Below, piece by piece: positions 34,294 to 39,624 of a stretch of DNA of 39,624 bases. The stretch is from a virus (Duplodnaviria > Caudoviricetes): positions 1 to 39,624 of the IMG/VR virus record IMGVR_UViG_3300009095_000006; one strand, written 5' to 3'. Positions within the stretch are counted from its first letter, which is position 1, and each line of letters opens with the position of its first letter. Under the pieces are notes generated by a model. It searched no databases, had not been told where the DNA came from, and saw nothing but the letters and a program-made list of their open reading frames with translations. The position numbers and the translations under genes were made by a program.

Positions 34294-35697
34294 ATGTATA
34301 TCGATAGCGTGGATAGCTTCGATCGGGCATACGCCGAGGCGCTTAGTTTCAGCGGCGGAGAGCCCGCCGGCGTCTCGAGCGACCCGATATTCGCCGCGAT
34401 GCACCCCAAGCAAAAAGCTTTTTTTTCGCATCCGGCGAAAGCAAAGGCGCTGCTCAAAGGACGTCAGGCGGGTGGCACCTACGGCGTCGCGATGTGGCTG
34501 CTCCAGGGCTGGCAACGCAACCCAGGGCAGGCCGCAGCTTACATCACCAAAACAGCCACCAGTGCAACACGCCGCGTGTGGCCGCTGATCCAAAAGATAG
34601 CTCAAAGATTCGGCATTCGATACAAGGCAGATCACTCGAATCTAACGCTCACGATGCCCAACGGCTACAGCGTTTGGGTCACAGGATGCAAAGACAAGGC
34701 AGAGGCCGACAAGGTTCGCGGCGAGGCAAACGGATTCGTCAAGATCGCAATCGACGAACCGGCGACATTCGGCGACGAAACGCTCGAATACCTCTGCACG
34801 GAAAGCGCCGATGCAACACTCATGCAGACCAACGGGGATATCCTGCTTTGCGGGACTCCCGGCCCCGTTCCAAAGGGCTTTTGGCACAAGGTCTGTACAT
34901 CGCTCGGATGGCACGTTGACACGTTCACGGCACTCGACAATCCGTTTCTCGACGGCCAACGATATCTCGAACAATACCTCGAACGATACGGCTACAAGCT
35001 CACCACTCCGCGCGTGCAGCGCGAGTTTTTCGCCAAGTGGGTCATCGACACAGAGTCGCTCGTCTACATCTCCAATGATGCAGACTTCACGGAGAACAAT
35101 CTATTCTGGGATCTGCCGACGAATCGTCCTCCGGACTTCACCACACTCGGCGTTGACCTCGGCTACGCGCCGGACCCGTGCGCGTTCGTTGTCGCGTCGT
35201 CATGGCTTCACTTGCCGAATATCTGGGGCCGCAAGTGCTACTATCGCGAGAATCTAACGCCAGACCTGATCGCCACGGAGATTCGCTTGCTTCGCCGTCA
35301 ATACGGAGTTCATCGCGTGTTGATCGACGCAGGCGGCGGCGGAAAAACTACCGCAATGGCCGTGAAGCTCTCTTACGGCGTCGAAGTCGAAGCCACGCCG
35401 AAAGGCGAGAAGCGACCGAAGATTGACCTGATGCGCGGTGGCATCAACCGACACTCGGTACTGTTTCACGCCGTGGAATGCGCGCCACTGATCGCCGAGT
35501 ACCGCACGATCGTGTGGAACGATGACCGCACGAATCACCACGAGATGAGCTACGACCACGGTGCGGACGCCGCTATTCAGGCGTGCTTGCCGCACAAGCA
35601 ATTCGCCGTCGACTTTGTTCCCGCCGATGACCCGTGGCTTGATATCAGCGCAGACAAGCGCGCCGCATTCGAAGAAGCGATGCGAGCAAGCGAATAA
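34294..35697 (+). CDS. terL: Terminase large subunit
   Basis: HPKQ Q-motif, deviant Walker A LKGRQAGGT, Walker B IAIDEP, GTP coupling motif, nuclease GVDLGY..D and DHGADA. Confidence 0.92.
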   Translation: MYIDSVDSFDRAYAEALSFSGGEPAGVSSDPIFAAMHPKQKAFFSHPAKAKALLKGRQAGGTYGVAMWLLQGWQRNPGQAAAYITKTATSATRRVWPLIQKIAQRFGIRYKADHSNLTLTMPNGYSVWVTGCKDKAEADKVRGEANGFVKIAIDEPATFGDETLEYLCTESADATLMQTNGDILLCGTPGPVPKGFWHKVCTSLGWHVDTFTALDNPFLDGQRYLEQYLERYGYKLTTPRVQREFFAKWVIDTESLVYISNDADFTENNLFWDLPTNRPPDFTTLGVDLGYAPDPCAFVVASSWLHLPNIWGRKCYYRENLTPDLIATEIRLLRRQYGVHRVLIDAGGGGKTTAMAVKLSYGVEVEATPKGEKRPKIDLMRGGINRHSVLFHAVECAPLIAEYRTIVWNDDRTNHHEMSYDHGADAAIQACLPHKQFAVDFVPADDPWLDISADKRAAFEEAMRASE

Positions 35698-35699
35698 AG

Positions 35700-35742
35700 C
35701 AACGCCGCGCATCCGAGGGGGGTTGGAAGATGCGCGGCGTTG
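35700..35742. terminator. 14-bp inverted repeat between convergent genes
   Basis: CAACGCCGCGCATC pairs with GATGCGCGGCGTTG; a second cUUCGg hairpin (minus strand) lies at 35754-35767. Confidence 0.6.
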
Positions 35743-35774
35743 ACTAGCTCAGTGCCCCCGAAGGGGCGATGCGA

Positions 35775-36290
35775 TCAAAAAGGCATCTCGGCGTCTGCAA
35801 CGACTGCGTCTGCGACGACTGCGTCTGCGACCTTCTCTTGCGCCTCCACGTCTTCCAGCGCCCGGTACTCGTCGCCCTGATCGATGACTCCTAGCGCTTT
35901 GAGAGCGACCTGCACCGCGCGCGGGTAGCTCTCCAGGACGCGACCGACGTTTTCGCGCAGCTGTGCTGACTCGCCCCTGATCTGCACCTCGGGCATGGCG
36001 AGGCGACCCTTGCTCTGCTCTTTCAGCCGCCGAATGCGCGTCTCAGCGACGCCGACGAGGCGACCCGCCGTGACCTCGCGCGGCTTGCGAGTGCGCTTCG
36101 GGGGCTCGGGCTGCTCTTGCTTCGGAGCGACGAACGGACCGTCGCTCGATACGCCGAGCTCGAGCTCGGGCCCGAGGTTGTCCGGATGCGCAACGGACTC
36201 GGTGGACTCGGGCGCCGTTTGCTCGGGCGCCGTTTGCTCGGGCGCTTTCTCGGCTCGCCTGGATCGTGTTCTTGCCATGTCGTTTTTCAT
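35775..36290 (-). CDS. Hypothetical protein with APEQT and ADAVV 15-bp repeats
   Basis: ATGA coupling; 171 aa; ends EMPF. Confidence 0.65.
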   Translation of the reverse strand: MKNDMARTRSRRAEKAPEQTAPEQTAPESTESVAHPDNLGPELELGVSSDGPFVAPKQEQPEPPKRTRKPREVTAGRLVGVAETRIRRLKEQSKGRLAMPEVQIRGESAQLRENVGRVLESYPRAVQVALKALGVIDQGDEYRALEDVEAQEKVADAVVADAVVADAEMPF

Positions 36291-36460
36291 CCCTTCAAAA
36301 CATCAACTCGTGCCTCGCAGATATACACAGCTGCGAGAGCCTTGACTAGTCGCGACCGCGTAACCGCGCACGGTCGCCGCGCATGGGCACCTCGCTCGCA
36401 TGCGAGCTCGAGCTTTGCCGCAGCAAGCTCGGCCCGGCACTGAGCGAGGCGCCTGGACAT
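36287..36460 (-). CDS. Hypothetical protein (57 aa)
   Basis: ATG 1 nt after the ssb stop; overlaps the next start. Confidence 0.5.
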   Translation of the reverse strand: MSRRLAQCRAELAAAKLELACERGAHARRPCAVTRSRLVKALAAVYICEARVDVLKG

Positions 36461-36461
36461 C

Positions 36462-36863
36462 TCAGAACGGAACGTCGTCGTCATCGCGCTTGCTGTCACG
36501 CTTGCTGTCGCGCTTCTCGCTCTTGCCCCGGTCTTCATCCCGCGGCTTGGATGAGCCCAGCAGCGCGCAATCGGATGCCGTGCATTCGATGTACACGACC
36601 TCTTCGTCGTCCCTGTTCTTATATGACTTCAGCTCGCCGACGCCCATGAAGCACACGGCGTCGCCCTTGCTGAGCAGCTTCGCGATCTGCTCGCCGCGGG
36701 CGCCCCACATGGTCACGCGAACCCACGTGGTAGTTTTCTCTTTTTCCTCGCGATCGTAGCCGGAAACGGCCACGCGAAAGTTCGCCACAACGGTTCCGCC
36801 GCTCGTGTGGCGCACGTCGGGATCGGCACCCAGACGTCCAGGAACAGTCAATCCAAAAGACAT
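36462..36863 (-). CDS. ssb: Single-stranded DNA-binding protein
   Basis: GRLGADPDVRHTSGGTVVANFRVAV, TTWVRVTMWG, LSKGD; acidic tail DDDDVPF; AAGGAGG RBS. Confidence 0.95.
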   Translation of the reverse strand: MSFGLTVPGRLGADPDVRHTSGGTVVANFRVAVSGYDREEKEKTTTWVRVTMWGARGEQIAKLLSKGDAVCFMGVGELKSYKNRDDEEVVYIECTASDCALLGSSKPRDEDRGKSEKRDSKRDSKRDDDDVPF

Positions 36864-37075
36864 TACACACCCTCCTTCTTGGGGCTATTGCCCATCAGCG
36901 ATGAGACCATGTCACTAGCCTCTTCGGCGCCCAGAATGTGCCCAGCGGTGAACCCAGCCAGGAAACAGATCAGCAGCGACGCTTCACTCACCGTTGCAAC
37001 CATATGCGGACTCTTGGACTTGAACTCGTCAAAAGCGCGAATAATACGCAATTGCCTCTCTTCTCTCGTCAACAT
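36863..37075 (-). CDS. Hypothetical protein (70 aa)
   Basis: TAATG overlap with ssb; GGAG upstream. Confidence 0.6.
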   Translation of the reverse strand: MLTREERQLRIIRAFDEFKSKSPHMVATVSEASLLICFLAGFTAGHILGAEEASDMVSSLMGNSPKKEGV

Positions 37076-37160
37076 TCGGATCTTTCTCCGCGCGACTGCC
37101 CCGCGCGGTGGGTTAACGGCGGCTGAGCCATTCGTCGGGAGACTCAGCCGCCGACAAGGA

Positions 37161-37188
37161 ACGATATCAGGATATCACCCGCAGTCAA
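37161..37188 (-). promoter_or_regulatory. Promoter TTGACT-16-TATCGT with two GATATC boxes
   Basis: Boxes at 37163 and 37171 (8-bp spacing); faces the ssb operon. Confidence 0.6.
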
Positions 37189-38303
37189 GCGCTTCGCTCG
37201 CGCCAAGCGCGGATGGCGAAGAACAGCGCTCGCTCCTCGGGCAGGCCATCGTCAGGAGTGATGCCCTTGTCGTTCCAGCTGTCGTACCAGCTGTCCGACA
37301 GCCGCTGCAGCTCGATCACGTGGTCTCGCGCCCGAGCCAGTTCGCGCTGCAGCGCACTCTCGCGCTGCGCGAATCCGTGTTCCTGTCGGTTGCACTGCTC
37401 CCGCAGCGCCGCGAGCTCCTGGCGCGCCGTCTCCAGCTCAACGCTGAGAGAGCAGCAGCGACCAGTGCATTGCCCGCTCGCGGCCAACGACGCGAGCTCG
37501 CCCTCGATCGCATCGAACAGGGCAACGGTGATGCGGTCCCACAACGCCCACGCCGCCTCCTCCGCCGCCCACGACGCCCACGCCGCCCATGCCGCCGAAT
37601 CCGCCGCCGCCTCCGCCGCCGCCGCCGCCCGCGCCGCCCACGCCGCCGCCTCCGCCGTCCACGACGCCGCCGCCTCCTCCGCCCACGCCCGCGCCGTCCA
37701 CGCCGCCGCCGCCGCCGCCCGCGCCGCCCGCACCGCCGCCGTCCACGCCGCCGCCGCCGCCGCCCGCGCCGTCCACGACGCCGCCGCCTCCTCCGCCCAC
37801 GACGCCGCCGCCTCCTCCGCCGCTGTTTGCGCCTTCTGGAACGAGGCCGCGTCGATCACGCCCGTGGTCACGACGCCATCGCAAAGCGCTGCCACTCGTT
37901 CGCAGACGGCGGTGATAGCCGCCTCGCGCACAACCGCCGCCGCCTCGCGCACGACCGCCGCGAGCCATCCGAATTGCACGCGCCGCCAAGCGGCCTCATC
38001 GAGGCTGTGCCAGCGCGCGGCGAGCGAGGCGAAGCGCTCGACCATCGCTGGCCATGCCTCGATCGAGCCGCGGTCATCGAGGTTGGGCGTCAGGTAGGCG
38101 AGCCACCTCGGCATGACCGTGGCGGGGCAGGGGATTGAGCTACGTTCCTGCCCACACTGCGGGACCATGGCCGCGAGCAGGCACGCGGTCTGGCGCCCTT
38201 GCGCGTCCTTGCCGGTCCAGGCGCCGCGGATCAGCGTGCCGTTCGCCATGTGAGACTTGAGTAGCTCGATATGATCGTTCGGATTCTCATTGCGGATTCT
38301 CAT
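37185..38303 (-). CDS. Ala/Trp-repeat protein with C-terminal coiled coil
   Basis: 372 aa; ACLLAAM..CP..MPRWLA N-domain; AEEAAASW / AAAAW repeats; GGGAG RBS. Confidence 0.75.
   Translation of the reverse strand: MRIRNENPNDHIELLKSHMANGTLIRGAWTGKDAQGRQTACLLAAMVPQCGQERSSIPCPATVMPRWLAYLTPNLDDRGSIEAWPAMVERFASLAARWHSLDEAAWRRVQFGWLAAVVREAAAVVREAAITAVCERVAALCDGVVTTGVIDAASFQKAQTAAEEAAASWAEEAAASWTARAAAAAAWTAAVRAARAAAAAAWTARAWAEEAAASWTAEAAAWAARAAAAAEAAADSAAWAAWASWAAEEAAWALWDRITVALFDAIEGELASLAASGQCTGRCCSLSVELETARQELAALREQCNRQEHGFAQRESALQRELARARDHVIELQRLSDSWYDSWNDKGITPDDGLPEERALFFAIRAWRERSA
37546..37823 (-). repeat. Low-complexity GCG-rich repeat (Ala runs punctuated by Trp/Glu)
   Basis: Repeated cgccgccgcctcctccgccca and gccgtccacg units on the + strand. 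Confidence 0.85.
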
Positions 38304-38325
38304 TGCGCATTCTCCCGTGTCCGCA

Positions 38326-38368
38326 AACCTAACGTGATATCAGCGCAGTGGCAAGCGCAATGATATCA
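38326..38368 (-). promoter_or_regulatory. Promoter TTGCCA-17-TAGGTT with TGATATCA boxes 26 bp apart
   Basis: Boxes at 38336 and 38362; -35 at 38354-38349, -10 at 38331-38326. Confidence 0.55.
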
Positions 38369-38526
38369 GCGCTTCGCTTTTTGATGGGAGCCGCGACACC
38401 CTGCCGATGTCGCAGCCGATCAGCGACGCGCAAGAGCGCTGCTCGTGGCGGCCCCATCTCGCAGCGCTCTCGCTCCGCTGGGCTCAGCAGCACCCAGCGC
38501 AACACGGCACGCTCATCAGTGGTCAC
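38329..38526 (-). CDS. Hypothetical protein (65 aa)
   Basis: GTG start overlapping the upstream gene end. Confidence 0.4.
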   Translation of the reverse strand: MTTDERAVLRWVLLSPAERERCEMGPPRAALLRVADRLRHRQGVAAPIKKRSADIIALATALISR

Positions 38527-38749
38527 GGTGCTCGCTCGGCGTGAACACCGTCGCCACGGTCCAGTACTTCTCGCAGCCGCCATCATACGGCACCGGCACC
38601 CCGCGGCTGATCGTCGGCGGACACAGGTGGCGCTTCTCGTACGGCTCTACGGAGCTGCCCGAGCGGTGGTAGTCCTTCCTGCAGCCGCAGGCCGTGCAGC
38701 GGTGATCCGGCGCGTATTGGCGCCAGTCGTCGGCCAGGTTATGCATCAC
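38516..38749 (-). CDS. Small Zn-finger protein
   Basis: CTACGCRKDYH...LCP...GCEKY; GGAGG RBS. Confidence 0.55.
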   Translation of the reverse strand: MMHNLADDWRQYAPDHRCTACGCRKDYHRSGSSVEPYEKRHLCPPTISRGVPVPYDGGCEKYWTVATVFTPSEHRDH

Positions 38750-39117
38750 TCCACCTCCGTTCTCGGATGCGCGCTCGGGTCACGATAGACGATCACGCGC
38801 ATCCCGAGCTCGCGCGCCTGGCGCATGCAGTCGGCCGTGCCGGGCCCATCGAGGGGAAACGCGAGCACGATCGCTTGTGGGTACGCGCGCAGCATCAGCC
38901 CGTTTCGCAGCGGCCCCGCGCGTCGTCCGTGCTTCAGCCAGTTCGCGTGGAACGTTCTGATCGGTGTGCGCGTTTCCTTCGCCCATTGGCGCGCGATCGC
39001 ATCCGCTCCGGCGGCGCCACCCTGCACCACGAGCGTCGGGCAGGCGTCGTCGAGCGCCCGGTAGATGGGCTCCTCGTCGCCCCAGTGGCGGGAGCCGGTG
39101 ACGATGACGGCGCTCAT
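38746..39117 (-). CDS. SLOG-superfamily protein (DUF2493 / YspA-related)
   Basis: VIVTGSRHW, VVQGGAAGAD, GRRAGPLRN, AFP...GTADC motifs; ATG at 39117. Confidence 0.85.
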   Translation of the reverse strand: MSAVIVTGSRHWGDEEPIYRALDDACPTLVVQGGAAGADAIARQWAKETRTPIRTFHANWLKHGRRAGPLRNGLMLRAYPQAIVLAFPLDGPGTADCMRQARELGMRVIVYRDPSAHPRTEVE

Positions 39118-39242
39118 CGGCAAGCCCACCAGATGCATAAGCCAGCGAGCAGCAGCCAGAAGTATCCGACGCGGACGCTGATACGTTTTCTGCAGATCAG
39201 CACGTGTAACGTGAAGAACGTTGTCTCGTCGTCTTTGGTCAT
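39114..39242 (-). CDS. Small membrane protein (42 aa)
   Basis: MTKDDETTFF...VGYFWLLLAGLCIWWACR*; stop overlaps the SLOG ATG; not in the supplied track. Confidence 0.45.
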   Translation of the reverse strand: MTKDDETTFFTLHVLICRKRISVRVGYFWLLLAGLCIWWACR

Positions 39243-39271
39243 CACTCACCCTCAACAAACCGCGGATGATA

Positions 39272-39463
39272 TCACGCCGGCGCTCGCTCTGCCATCATCT
39301 CTCGTTGCTGCGCGTACCATTCCTCGGCTTCGGCGAGCTCGATGCACGCGAAGCATCGCTTCCAGCGCCGTTCCGCCAGGGCAAGGCGCCGCCCCTCCGG
39401 GCTCTCGCACATTAGGCTGTGCCCACACAGCACCCCGCATATCTCACATCTCAGGTTTTTCAT
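39272..39463 (-). CDS. Small Zn-binding hypothetical protein
   Basis: AAGGAG RBS; CEIC..C.H..C...CFAC. Confidence 0.6.
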   Translation of the reverse strand: MKNLRCEICGVLCGHSLMCESPEGRRLALAERRWKRCFACIELAEAEEWYAQQREMMAERAPA

Positions 39464-39501
39464 CCCAGTATCTCCTTTGCACTTCTATAAGCTGCTTGAT
39501 T

Positions 39502-39624
39502 AGGTCGTCCTCGGGCTCGTCGCCGCTGGGCTGCGCCGGCAGCTGTACGCCTGCTGGCAGCGTCGCCATGGGCCAGCGCCACCCAGCCTCGTCGACCCAT
39601 ACAGCGGCGTTTGGGGCGAACCAG
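39502..39624 (+). repeat. Terminal direct repeat, right copy
   Basis: Identical to 1-123. Confidence 0.97.

Larger units (their letters stand above)
1..39624. mobile_element. Complete circular (or circularly permuted) tailed dsDNA phage genome, podovirus-like, unit length 39,501 bp
   Basis: Exact 123-bp terminal repeat, an ORF continuous across the junction, and TerL, portal, capsid, tail, primase-helicase, SSB and ERF genes with no host housekeeping genes. Confidence 0.95.

Noticed and set aside
34453-34485. TerL Walker A lacks the GKT lysine (GRQAGGT), suggesting an inactive ATPase
   Set aside because: It fits the known deviant terminase Walker A with Lys at the motif start (K-x-R-Q-x-G-x-[ST]); the other ATPase and nuclease motifs are intact
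949-35646. Isolated coding GATATC hexamers as operators or restriction/methylation signals
   Set aside because: Many coincide with Asp-Ile codons and are unpaired; no methyltransferase gene recognised
37546-37823. Diversity-generating retroelement target or template
   Set aside because: No reverse transcriptase and no TR/VR pair differing at adenines was seen
36807-38138. Long Arg-, Pro-, Gly- or Ala/His-rich ORFs (36807-38138, 37213-38097, 37438-37989, 37589-37915)
   Set aside because: Alternative-frame shadows of the GCG repeat in the 37185-38303 gene
38281-38314. 13-bp tandem repeat GGATTCTCATTGC at the start of the Ala/Trp gene as a phase-variation switch
   Set aside because: Only two full copies, and the ATG at 38303 has a properly spaced RBS and an open frame; insufficient evidence
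1-39624. Integrase/att site, tRNA genes, alternative genetic code or a specific host assignment
   Set aside because: No recombinase motifs or cloverleaf seen; genes are intact under the standard code with all three stops used; a GC-rich diderm host is plausible but cannot be established from sequence alone

Overview
The window is an apparently complete, circular genome of a GC-rich tailed dsDNA phage with podovirus-like structural genes. The unit length is 39,501 bp: bases 1-123 are repeated exactly at 39502-39624, and one ORF reads through the junction. Replication and recombination genes comprise a split Prim-Pol plus D5/P4-type SF3 helicase, an adjacent AT-rich inverted-iteron region (probable origin), an SF2 helicase, SSB and an ERF + RecE-like pair. 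Virion genes comprise TerL, a TerS-like protein, portal, scaffold, major capsid, adaptor, nozzle-like protein, a collagen-repeat tail fibre and three probable ejection proteins. I recognise no integrase, replicative DNA polymerase, tRNA, CRISPR array or endolysin. Gene order is scrambled: TerL and portal are divergent, the capsid gene is far from portal/scaffold, and minus-strand islands of small genes interrupt the tail and ejection genes. Main findings: (1) a tandem double-domain GroES co-chaperonin (Cpn20-like architecture) in the portal-scaffold-TerS operon; (2) a GNAT acetyltransferase module in the largest ejection protein, flanked by prepilin-cleavage-like motifs; (3) a genome-wide set of paired (T)GATATC(A) boxes, usually 13 bp apart, inside sigma70-like promoters, one in front of a ribbon-helix-helix gene; (4) a capsid mRNA leader with three alternative anti-RBS segments; (5) inverted 11-bp iteron arrays around a 14-bp palindrome. 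All functional calls come from motif reading by eye; no database searches were run.
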